From an uncultured Alphaproteobacteria bacterium (GTDB lineage Bacteria > Pseudomonadota > Alphaproteobacteria > Sphingomonadales > Sphingomonadaceae): 64,000 nt of DNA. Below are positions 38,976 through 47,666 of this stretch, in pieces. The position numbers and the translations under genes were made by a program. The notes beneath the pieces were generated by a model that saw only the letters and a list, made by a program, of their open reading frames with translations, had not been told where the DNA came from and did not search any database. The first letter of the stretch is position 1; each line of letters begins with the position of its first letter. Location of the stretch: the NCBI GenBank assembly GCA_963750615.1, contig CAVVRK010000006.1, positions 132,017 through 196,016 of the forward strand. Reading direction: 5' to 3'.

Positions 38976-39344
38976 GTGTCTATGTCTACGCGCCCCTTCA
39001 ACAACCCTGAGCGAGAGTTTCTCGAGAAGATCGTGGAGAGGCTGCCCAAAGATACAGGGGAACGGTTGCTCGCCGACATGTCTGTCGCCCAAGTCATCGA
39101 AGAGGGTGACTTTCTCCAAGTCACGTTAAGCGGCTACGAGAGGCCAGATTACGAAGGACATCAGAACCTGCCTTTCGAGGGCAAGCTTATGGATGTGCGC
39201 GGAGAACCAGTGTCTATTCTGGTGAATATCGATCAGAACGAGCGACTGCTTGAGGTAGAAACTATCTGGTGGAACAGCGAGAGCGGAACGGTCCTAAACT
39301 GGTCCACATTAGAGATCATCGCAACGCCGCAAGTAAAATGCTGA
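38976..39344 (+). CDS. cassette ORF H, hypothetical (122 aa)
   Basis: The single ORF between CBR-7 and CBR-8. Its stop abuts the ACGTCCGC left arm. Confidence 0.5.
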   Translation: MSMSTRPFNNPEREFLEKIVERLPKDTGERLLADMSVAQVIEEGDFLQVTLSGYERPDYEGHQNLPFEGKLMDVRGEPVSILVNIDQNERLLEVETIWWNSESGTVLNWSTLEIIATPQVKC

Positions 39345-39428
39345 CGTCCGCTCCCCACAACATTTCAGCCATTGGCACTAGCTAAACTGATCCGCAAAAG
39401 CGGCCTTTGGCAGCCAAAAATCAGGCGA
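39344..39428 (+). repeat. degenerate cassette-boundary repeat CBR-8 (~85 nt)
   Basis: ACGTCCGCTCCCCACAAC...AAAAGCGGCCTTTGGCAGCCAAAAATCAGGCGA. Colinear with CBR-2 but with a decayed core. Confidence 0.4.
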
Positions 39429-39552
39429 TGAACGAACGTCATGTTTTGTGAAACCTAACACGATTAACGAATGGCTGAAAAGTTAGCGAGAACAGACTTC
39501 CGCTGCGGGCGCCTTTAACGTCAGCTTTCCGCGATTTTACTCTGAAACCGGA

Positions 39553-40941
39553 TGAGGTGGATGGCTCCCGCTCACGGCCTTTAAGTGCCAAGATGGGTTG
39601 CTGTCATGCAAACCCGAGCAAAGGAGCCATCCGCCATGGAGATTAGCACAATCGGCCTCGATTTGGCCAAGAACGTTTTTCAAATTCATGCAATTGACGC
39701 GACCGGCGAGGTTGTTGTGCGCAAAATGCTGCGACGATCGCAGATGTTACACTTCTTCGAGAAGCTGCCGCCATGCCTAGTCGGTGCAGAGGCCTGCGGG
39801 ACATCTCATCATTGGGCCCGCGAGCTGACGAAGCTCGGGCATGAAGTGCGTCTAATGCCGCCGGTTTATGTAAAGCCCTACGTGAAGCGCGGAAAGAATG
39901 ACGTCGCAGATGCCGAGGCGATATGCGAAGCTGTGACACGCCCTACGATGCGGTTCGTCGCTGTCAAATCACGCGAACAGCAGGCGGCGCTATCACTGCA
40001 CCGCGCGCGCAGCCTGTTGATCAGGCAACGCACACAACTGGTCAACCTGATGCGCAGCATGCTCGCTGAGCTTGGCATTGTCATTCCGGTTGGACTCGAG
40101 AAAGCGCTGCAGATGGCGCGCCAGATTGTCGATGGAGAGGTCGTTCTTGATCTGCCTGCAGAAGCAACGACCGTGGTCGCAATGCTGTCGGGACAAATGC
40201 TTCAGCTTCATGTGCAGCTTCGTAAGCTCGACCTTCGCCTTGCCCGCTTACAGCGCAGCGACGATACGGCGCGCCGTCTGGCAACGATCCCCGGTATCGG
40301 GCCTGTTGGCGCGACAGCACTTGCCGCATCGGTGACCGACCCAAGCCAGTTCGCCTCGGGGCGTCAGTTCGCCGCCTGGCTTGGGCTGACCCCGCGTCAG
40401 AACTCGAGCGGCGGCAAGGAGCGCTTGGGCCGCATCACCAAGATGGGCGACAAGTACCTGCGGCAGCTACTCGTTATCGGCGCAACGTCGCTCGTCCGAC
40501 GTGCCAAGGATAAGCCTGAGGCGGTAGATCCGCGCTTCGTCGCCTTGTTGGCAAGAAAGCCTGCGCGGGTTGCCACGATCGCGATGGCAAACAAGATGGC
40601 CCGGATCGCATGGGCGGTCATGGCGCGCGGTGACGTCTTCCGACCCGGCCACGTGCCGGTACTGGCAGCATGATGGATTAACAGTTTAGCTGGGGAGATC
40701 AGCTTACCGAAGTTGTGAGAGCGAAGTGATGTGATGGCAAAACCGGTCGGACCGGGAGCAAGGACAACCCAAGGAAAGTCCTAGGCACAATAGCCTGCAA
40801 AGCCGATAGGACCTTGCTCGTGGACCCCATCAGGGCCAGCAGTCTCAACCGACTGCACAAACAGGCCGGACAGACGACTGCACCCGACCAAATGCCAGTT
40901 CATCATTTTATGCTTGCAACGCGGGAGCCATCCACAGAGGA
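39553..40941 (+). mobile_element. IS110-family insertion sequence, IS1111-like subgroup (~1389 bp)
   Basis: Boundaries come from comparison with the uninterrupted CBR-10. 15-bp subterminal inverted repeats GTGGATGGCTCCCGC (39557-39571) / GCGGGAGCCATCCAC (40921-40935). A single DEDD-type transposase gene is followed by 268 nt of non-coding right end. Confidence 0.85.
39636..40673 (+). CDS. IS110-family transposase
   Basis: MEISTIGLDLAKNVFQIHAIDATGEVVVRK...VGAEACGTSHHWAREL...IPGIGPVGATALAA. AAGGAG RBS before the ATG at 39636. Confidence 0.92.
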   Translation: MEISTIGLDLAKNVFQIHAIDATGEVVVRKMLRRSQMLHFFEKLPPCLVGAEACGTSHHWARELTKLGHEVRLMPPVYVKPYVKRGKNDVADAEAICEAVTRPTMRFVAVKSREQQAALSLHRARSLLIRQRTQLVNLMRSMLAELGIVIPVGLEKALQMARQIVDGEVVLDLPAEATTVVAMLSGQMLQLHVQLRKLDLRLARLQRSDDTARRLATIPGIGPVGATALAASVTDPSQFASGRQFAAWLGLTPRQNSSGGKERLGRITKMGDKYLRQLLVIGATSLVRRAKDKPEAVDPRFVALLARKPARVATIAMANKMARIAWAVMARGDVFRPGHVPVLAA

Positions 40942-41060
40942 CTTTCCAGACACGACAACCTTGTGGACGTTCCAATTCCAAGGCACAATCGCCTTATGAG
41001 CTTTTTGACATTCCGATACCGATATGATGGCACTCCCACTCATGTTCTTGACGACTTCGG

Positions 41061-41666
41061 TTGCCCGATTGGGTTACTCCCGATAAGTTGACATTTGTCG
41101 GGATGGTTGGAGCAGGCATGGTGTTTGCTGGATACCTCAGCAGCAATATCGCAGAAGATTGGCTGTGGCTCACCATAGCTGGTTACATTGTCCAGTGGTT
41201 TGGCGATTCTACCGATGGTAGTTTGGCTCGGTATCGCAACATCGAGCGGCCGCGCTACGGGTATTTTCTTGACCATAGTTGTGATGGTCTTGCTACGACC
41301 TTAATCGTGGCTGGGATTGGCCTGAGCCCCTACGTTGCCCTGGAAGTTGCGTTAATAGCGTTGGCGGGATACTTGCTGTTATCAATTCACGCATTCTTGT
41401 CGGTTCGCGTTTTGGGCGAGCTGAAGCTTTCTTATTTGAATCTCGGGCCAACGGAACTGCGATTTGTTCTCATCGCCCTGACGATCGCGATGATGTTCTT
41501 CGGACACGGGTCTGGATGGTTCGGTCAAACCAGCGGCTTCGACATTTTTGTAGGAATGGTTGGTACTTTGCTTGTCACACTATTTGCGTCGCAAACTTTG
41601 CGTACCGCAGCGCGGTTAGCAAAAGAAGAACCTGCCCGGAATGAGGAGTGGCGAAGCCGGAAATGA
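41061..41666 (+). CDS. CDP-alcohol phosphatidyltransferase family protein (5' end uncertain)
   Basis: DSTDGSLAR...GYFLDHSCD matches the D(x)2DG(x)2AR...D(x)3D motif, with multiple TM helices. TTG start. A 31-codon ATG ORF (40996-) in another frame runs into it, so a 5' frameshift is possible. Confidence 0.7.
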   Translation: MPDWVTPDKLTFVGMVGAGMVFAGYLSSNIAEDWLWLTIAGYIVQWFGDSTDGSLARYRNIERPRYGYFLDHSCDGLATTLIVAGIGLSPYVALEVALIALAGYLLLSIHAFLSVRVLGELKLSYLNLGPTELRFVLIALTIAMMFFGHGSGWFGQTSGFDIFVGMVGTLLVTLFASQTLRTAARLAKEEPARNEEWRSRK

Positions 41667-42010
41667 ATTATCGAAAATACTCGGATGGGCGTCCGCTGAC
41701 CTCAACAAATCTGCCGAACACGCCGGCAGTGACAGCCCCCGAAACTGGGCACTCGAGAGATGACAATTCTAGTGAACGAATGTCAGGTTTTGACTGTCAG
41801 GATCGGGCCAGTGAATGGCTGGAATGTTAGCGGGATCTGCCAGCGAGTTTTGCTTCAGTTTAACCGTCCGGTTTCGCTCTTAATGCAGCAATAATTGCAG
41901 GTACGCACACGATAACATAGCCGCAACAAATGTAATCGTTGCGCTCCAAACTTAGCGCTAATCCATCACGCATGTTCCATAATCGCTAACGCTGAGGCAT
42001 AGGTGCGAAG

Positions 42011-43126
42011 ATGATTGTTTTTGGGCCAATGAGCATCACTTTGTTGATTTGCGCCGTACAGGGCCTTCTGCTTGCGGGGCTATTGCTGAACGCGCAGCGA
42101 AACACATTAGCGAATCGATGGTTGGCGCTGCTGATCCTCGCCGTGGCGGCGCTGATGACGCCTTACATCATCGGCTATGCCGGGTTTTATGAGAGGTGGC
42201 CGTGGCTAAGCTTTGCGCCGCTGTCCTACACTCTCGCATTCGGGCCGCTGCTTTACTTCTACACTTCCACGCTGATCGGCACGAGGTGCGCACGGGTTTG
42301 GCCGCATTTCGTGCCGGTGGCGATGCAGTTTACTGCCTATGCGTTGGTGTTCCCGCTCCCCTTGCAGACCAAAAACTGGTGGAACACGATTGCCCATGCG
42401 CCGCTGATTGACCCAGTGCTCGATATCGCCTCACTTGCGAGCATCGCTGTTTATAGCGCAGCGGCCTATCGCCGCTATCAGGCCTATCGCACTTGGCTGG
42501 GGGAAAACCGCACTGACGGGGTAGATTTCGAGCCCAACTGGATTCGCAATTTTCTGGTCGCGCTGGCGCTTATCGCGATAATTTGGGCTGGCTTCATGAT
42601 CGCCAAATGGGCCAACCCGGCACGCGATTATTTCGACCAATTCCCGCTCTATGTCGGATTTTCAGTTTTGGTGCTGTATCTTGGTATTGGCGGGTGGCGA
42701 CATTCCGAAACGCCTTTTCCGGCAGAAGCAACTGCACAATTTCTACCCCCTGAACCTGCCACATCTGTTCGGGACTGGGCAGCTCAGGGTAACGAATGGC
42801 TTACGCGGATCAATGCCGAGCAGTTGTGGCGCGACCCTGCGCTGACGCTCGCAGGACTGGCGCGTATACTTGGTACCAATACCACCTATCTCTCACGCGG
42901 TCTGGGCGCCGCAGCCGGCGAAAATTTCAACGCTATCATAAACCGCCGGCGAGTAGCCGAAATGCAGCAGCTGCTTGATATGCCTGGCGAGGAACGCGAA
43001 TTGCTGACGCTTGCCTTTGATGTCGGTTTCAATTCCAAGGCTAGCTTCAACCGCGCTTTTCGCGATCTTGCCGGGATGAGCCCCAGCCAATGGCGGCTCA
43101 AATCACAAAAATTGCTTGTAATCTAA
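42011..43126 (+). CDS. membrane-anchored AraC-family transcriptional regulator
   Basis: About 6 N-terminal TM helices plus a C-terminal HTH_18 (LAGLARILGTNTTYLSRGL...FDVGFNSKASFNRAFRDLAGMSPSQWR). Confidence 0.85.
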   Translation: MIVFGPMSITLLICAVQGLLLAGLLLNAQRNTLANRWLALLILAVAALMTPYIIGYAGFYERWPWLSFAPLSYTLAFGPLLYFYTSTLIGTRCARVWPHFVPVAMQFTAYALVFPLPLQTKNWWNTIAHAPLIDPVLDIASLASIAVYSAAAYRRYQAYRTWLGENRTDGVDFEPNWIRNFLVALALIAIIWAGFMIAKWANPARDYFDQFPLYVGFSVLVLYLGIGGWRHSETPFPAEATAQFLPPEPATSVRDWAAQGNEWLTRINAEQLWRDPALTLAGLARILGTNTTYLSRGLGAAAGENFNAIINRRRVAEMQQLLDMPGEERELLTLAFDVGFNSKASFNRAFRDLAGMSPSQWRLKSQKLLVI

Positions 43127-43195
43127 CCATTGAGGCGCGTGTGCTAAGCGTATCGGTCAAAGGAGGTAGCGTTACCAACCACTGGAGCGATCCTG

Positions 43196-45181
43196 ATGAA
43201 AAGCGTATATCTTGCCGCACTTGCGACCCTAAACACATTGCCATTTCCCTTGAGCGCTGCCGCCCCTGAAACGGCTGCGACCGCCACCCCCGCCGCCCCG
43301 CGTTATACTCCGCGAGAGCTCACCGCCGAGCAAGCCTCCCGCGATGTCGACCTGTTGATCCGCGCACTCGAAACGGTGCACCCAGGCCTATACCGCTATA
43401 CCCCCAAGCCTCAGATTGACGTAGCCATTGTGCAGCTCAAAGCGGCCGCCTCGGATCCGGTCACTGAACTCGCGCTTCACGGTCACATCGCGCGCCTCCT
43501 TGCCGCTATCCACTGTGATCACACGAAGGCGGAAATGTCTGAGGCGCTTACCGCATACCGCACCAACAATCCTACTCACCTGCCGCTGCGGTTCCAGCTG
43601 ATTGAAGGGAGGATGATTGTGATCTCGAACGACGGGCAGGAAGGCGCGCCGCCTATAGGTAGCGAGATTCTCAGCATCAACCGCATGGCCGTGCCTGTTT
43701 TGCTGCTCAAGCTGGCGCCGATGGTGTCCTATGACGGTACAACCGATCAGGCGATTGCGGCGAAGTTGGCCGATGATAGCGACCTGATGGGCGATGATTT
43801 CAACGAGAATTACCCCACTTTGTTCGGATTTCCGGATAGCTGGCAGATCGAATGGAAGCCGGTGGGTGGCACAGTCTCCACCGTAGCAAGCCTCCAGCCG
43901 ATCAAGTTTGCACAGTGGACCGCGCTGGCCGGACCAGGCGCAAAGTATCGCAGCGAATTCTACAACGCAATCACTTGGCGGATGAACGGCAAGGCAGCGC
44001 GGCTGGGCATCGATACCTTCGTCAATTATCGCAATCCAGTGCAGGCGACCGCCTTCCTTGGCGGCTTTTTTGCCGCCATGAAGGAGGCCGGGACCGAGCA
44101 CCTGATCCTTGACCTACGCAAGAATGGGGGCGGATCGGAGGATGTATCTGTGGCGCTTGGGCGCTATCTCATAGGCCGCCCGTTCACGTGGTCAAAGCCG
44201 GTCCGTTACAAAGCAGTGCGTTATGGTGACCTTCCGCAATATTTCGAAACCTGGGGCGACCGTGAGGCACGTTTCAATCCTCCCATGAGCGCGTTTACGC
44301 GGAGCACAGATGGCTGGTATGATCGCATCCCGCTGCTGAGCGGAGCAGCGCTAAGCGACGTGGACACTACCTTTGAACAAATGCCGATTGGAGAACTTGG
44401 TTTCAGTGGAAGGCTCACAATCCTGAGCGGTCCGCGGAACGGCTCAGGCGCTACACGCACAATTGCACAGCTAAAGGAAAAAGCTAGAGCGGTTGTGATC
44501 GGCGAAGATAGTGCCGGTAGCGCTGAAGGGCCAACTTCTGGCAGCATATTTCTGATGAAACTCCCCGAGAGCGGGATCAAGGTACGTATCCCCGAGGGTT
44601 GGAACCGCACCGATATTGACAGTTTTACGGTTGGCAAAGGTGTGGCGGTCGATCAGCTTGTCGTCCCGACGCTTGCCGATTTCGAAGCAGGGCGAGAACG
44701 AGCGATCGGCGTTGCTCAAGGCTTGCTTCTCGCTCGCAGCGATACCGCAATGCTCGTTGCCAAAGCGTTGGCAGGGACATGGACTGGAACACTGGATTAT
44801 CGCGATTACAGCAAAGATACCCGCGAAACCTTGCCCACCCTCATGCAGAGTGACGGAACAGAGCTTTTTTGGACCTTCGATGACGGCCCTGGGAAGACTG
44901 TGCGATCAGTTGAAAAATGGGCGTTCGATCCTGCTGGTCGAACCTTGGCTATCACTAGCGGTAAGAACGCACCCGATCAGTGGCGCGTAGCCGAAGCCCG
45001 CATCTCCGCCGATGCCTCTTCGCTCACCATCGTCCTTGATGGGAGTAGCGAGGAGCGTGGCCGCACGGTCATAGCCCGCAAAATCCTTACCCGTGACGGA
45101 AACCGGATACGCATCACTAAACAGACGCGCGTTACTGGGGAACCGTTTCTTATGCGGCAGAGCTATGAACTGCGGCAGTAA
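43196..45181 (+). CDS. S41-family peptidase-like secreted protein
   Basis: Signal peptide MKSVYLAALATLNTLPFPLSAAA. LILDLRKNGGGSEDV matches the S41 DLRxNxGG motif. Confidence 0.75.
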   Translation: MKSVYLAALATLNTLPFPLSAAAPETAATATPAAPRYTPRELTAEQASRDVDLLIRALETVHPGLYRYTPKPQIDVAIVQLKAAASDPVTELALHGHIARLLAAIHCDHTKAEMSEALTAYRTNNPTHLPLRFQLIEGRMIVISNDGQEGAPPIGSEILSINRMAVPVLLLKLAPMVSYDGTTDQAIAAKLADDSDLMGDDFNENYPTLFGFPDSWQIEWKPVGGTVSTVASLQPIKFAQWTALAGPGAKYRSEFYNAITWRMNGKAARLGIDTFVNYRNPVQATAFLGGFFAAMKEAGTEHLILDLRKNGGGSEDVSVALGRYLIGRPFTWSKPVRYKAVRYGDLPQYFETWGDREARFNPPMSAFTRSTDGWYDRIPLLSGAALSDVDTTFEQMPIGELGFSGRLTILSGPRNGSGATRTIAQLKEKARAVVIGEDSAGSAEGPTSGSIFLMKLPESGIKVRIPEGWNRTDIDSFTVGKGVAVDQLVVPTLADFEAGRERAIGVAQGLLLARSDTAMLVAKALAGTWTGTLDYRDYSKDTRETLPTLMQSDGTELFWTFDDGPGKTVRSVEKWAFDPAGRTLAITSGKNAPDQWRVAEARISADASSLTIVLDGSSEERGRTVIARKILTRDGNRIRITKQTRVTGEPFLMRQSYELRQ

Positions 45182-45305
45182 TGCTTTTCTAATATGCGAT
45201 CCGCGTGCCGTTTTGTAACTCGGACAGATCGATATTTGCCTAAAGCATAATGAAGTCACTATTTCATAATCTCTCCTTGGCCATTCAGGCCAAAGGAGTT
45301 GTGAC

Positions 45306-45938
45306 ATGGGAATTTCAGATCTTGATCCTGACGCACATGGTCGTCGTCCTTGGAACGCTGGCAATATGGTGGGCGCTAAGCGTCCGCTGAAGCCTCGCGA
45401 TGTCTGGGCAATTCGGTTCTTTCTAGACGAGCATCGACGACTGCGCGACCGCGCACTTTTTGATTTGGCTATCGATAGCAAGCTGCGCGGTTGTGACATC
45501 GTAAAAATGAAAATTGGTGATATCGTTGCTGGTGGGGTAATTCGAAATCGGGCGACGGTCATGCAACAAAAAACCAAGCGCCCCGTCCAGTTCGAGATCA
45601 TGACTGAGGCGCGCCAAACTCTTCTCAAATGGCTTAACCGTCGTGGAGGCACTCACGACGATTTCATCTTCCCAAGCCGTGTCAATTACATGGGCCATCT
45701 CAGCACGCGCCAATATGCACGGTTGGTTGATGAGTGGGTCGGGGCAGTCGGTCTTAATGTGCATGAATACGGGACACACTCAATGCGACGAACGAAAGCC
45801 TCGATGATCTACAAGGCGACGGGAAACCTCCGGGCTATCCAAATATTGCTGGGTCACTCAAACATTGAGAATACCGTCCGCTACCTGGGCGTTGACATCG
45901 ACGATGCAATTTCGCTGGCTGAACGGACGGAAATTTGA
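45306..45938 (+). CDS. short (210 aa) tyrosine recombinase, catalytic domain only
   Basis: Catalytic residues are plausible: R in DLAIDSKLRGCDIV, HSMRRT (HxxR) and LLGHSNIENTVRYLG (H...Y). Only ~35 aa precede the catalytic domain. Confidence 0.85.
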   Translation: MGISDLDPDAHGRRPWNAGNMVGAKRPLKPRDVWAIRFFLDEHRRLRDRALFDLAIDSKLRGCDIVKMKIGDIVAGGVIRNRATVMQQKTKRPVQFEIMTEARQTLLKWLNRRGGTHDDFIFPSRVNYMGHLSTRQYARLVDEWVGAVGLNVHEYGTHSMRRTKASMIYKATGNLRAIQILLGHSNIENTVRYLGVDIDDAISLAERTEI

Positions 45939-46065
45939 ACGTAATGGCTCCTCGCATTAGCGGGGAGCCATTCACCGGTTCGGTCATCTTGATCTGACCG
46001 AGATTTGACGGCCGGCCAGCAGGAATGTCAGACGGCGCCGCTTCTACTCGGCCACGTGTCATAGA

Positions 46066-46128
46066 ATGTCAGCTTTCCGCGCTTTTTGCCACGAAACCGG
46101 ACGGTCAGGACACGACAACTTAGCGGAC
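46066..46128 (+). repeat. cassette-boundary repeat CBR-10 (63 nt, last of array)
   Basis: ATGTCAGCTTTCCGCGCTTTTTGCCACGAAACCGGACGGTCAGGACACGACAACTTAGCGGAC. Lies 128 nt downstream of the short recombinase gene. Confidence 0.65.
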
Positions 46129-46475
46129 GTTTTTTTCACTGGTGGTATCAACTAAAGGCAGTCATTCGTTCAGTTTCCTTTTCTGGGCCGGGAGCGGACC
46201 GTCTGCTTCTGTTTGTGGATAAATGGATAGCTACCGTTTTGGCTGCCCAAAACGTCTGGCTTTCGCCGCTAACATTGCCACTCTCAAGTGAACGACACTC
46301 CTACCTAATAGCTGCTATAGGATCATACGTTGACCTTGACGATGCGGTGTCGGGATTGACAGTATCGAGAATGGATGGCTGCACTAGCAGAATGCGCCCT
46401 AGCAACCATTAAGCACTGCCCCGGCTTGAGAAGTTTCCCGAAGGCCATTTCGGTTAATAACGAGAACGAAGCTCG

Positions 46476-47666
46476 CTAGCCATCAAGGCCGGACCGCGAA
46501 TTGTCCGCCCACAGCAGTACAATATATCCAACAATTGCCGAAACGACCGACCCCGCCAGAACTGCCTGTTTGACAACATTTAAGTTCGCGGCATCTGAAA
46601 ATGCAAGGTCGCCGATAAACAGGCTCATGGTGAAGCCGATGCCGCACAGAACTGACATGCCGTAGATTTGTGTCCAAGTCGCCGCGGGTTTTGAGCATAA
46701 TCGCCAGCGGACGGCTAAATAAACAACAGAAAATATGCCAAGCTGCTTACCCAAGAAAAGTCCTAAAGCAATCGCAAGGCCAAGCGGCGTAGCCAAGCCG
46801 TTCAAATCGGTAAACGCGACCCCTGCATTCACAAAGCCGAACAAGGGCACAATAACAAAGGCGACGGGCTTGTGCAGTGCGTTTTCCAGAATATGCAGTG
46901 GTGATGTGGCTGCGTCGGGCGTACCTTTTGAGCGATTGAATGGAATAATCATTGCAAGCAACACGCCCGCAATCGTGGCGTGTATACCCGACGTCAACGT
47001 TGCCAGCCACAATGTTATTCCTAGCAGTAGGTAAATCCAGAGACGCTTTACACCTGCGTAATTCAGCGACGCACCCAATGCCAGTAACAGTCCCATTGAA
47101 ACGAGCGCACCCAAATTGAGCTTGGCCGTATAGAACAAGGCGATAATGGATACAGCGGCAATGTCGTCGATGATCGCAATGGTTACGAGGAGAAGCTTGA
47201 TTGCGGGTGGCGCGCGCGAGCCAAGCAGGGCGAGCACGCCAACGGCAAATGCGATGTCTGTGGCGGCAGGGATAGCCCAGCCTTGGATCAAGGTCGGGTC
47301 GCCGCCTGCAATCAAGAGGTAGATCATGGCGGGTAAGGCAAGCCCTGCCATTGCAGCAATCATTGGCAGGCGCCGGTCTTGCCAAGACGCAAGGCGACCA
47401 TCGGAGAATTCGCGTTTAACCTCTAGCCCGACCAAAAGGAAGAAAATAGCCATTAGGCCGTCGTTAATCCATAGTTTGACCGTCATCGGCCCCAGTTTGT
47501 CGCTTAATACCAAGCCAGAGCTGAGTGATTTCAGCGACGCATACGTATCGCCCATTGGGCTGTTTGCCATCACCAAGGCGAGCGCGGCGACAACCATTAG
47601 GACGATACCGCCCGATGCTTCTGACTTTATGAACTGACGAATTGCAGATGGACGCTTTGCAATCAT
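46476..47666 (-). CDS. nhaA: Na+/H+ antiporter NhaA
   Basis: MIAKRPSAIRQFIKSEASGGIVLM..., FFLLVGLEVKRE, IIDDIAAV. The ATG at 47666 overlaps the sodB stop (ATGA). Confidence 0.92.
   Translation of the reverse strand: MIAKRPSAIRQFIKSEASGGIVLMVVAALALVMANSPMGDTYASLKSLSSGLVLSDKLGPMTVKLWINDGLMAIFFLLVGLEVKREFSDGRLASWQDRRLPMIAAMAGLALPAMIYLLIAGGDPTLIQGWAIPAATDIAFAVGVLALLGSRAPPAIKLLLVTIAIIDDIAAVSIIALFYTAKLNLGALVSMGLLLALGASLNYAGVKRLWIYLLLGITLWLATLTSGIHATIAGVLLAMIIPFNRSKGTPDAATSPLHILENALHKPVAFVIVPLFGFVNAGVAFTDLNGLATPLGLAIALGLFLGKQLGIFSVVYLAVRWRLCSKPAATWTQIYGMSVLCGIGFTMSLFIGDLAFSDAANLNVVKQAVLAGSVVSAIVGYIVLLWADNSRSGLDG

Larger units (their letters stand above)
39518..40968 (+). repeat. cassette-boundary repeat CBR-9 (62 nt) split 35|27 by an IS
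   Basis: ACGTCAGCTTTCCGCGATTTTACTCTGAAACCGGA (39518-39552) plus CTTTCCAGACACGACAACCTTGTGGAC (40942-40968) together align with the intact 63-nt CBR-10. Confidence 0.7.

Noticed and set aside
44906-45652. 248-aa minus-strand ORF overlapping the end of the S41 gene and the recombinase gene
   Set aside because: It is antisense to two motif-supported genes and has low-complexity Arg/Ser composition.
34835-46128. Possible CRISPR array, given regularly recurring repeats
   Set aside because: The repeats are 61-88 nt and imperfect. The spacers are 330-720 bp and each holds an ORF. No cas genes are present.
46086-46412. 108-aa ORF starting inside boundary site CBR-10
   Set aside because: It starts within the repeat, has no RBS and has unremarkable composition. 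I left the region unannotated.
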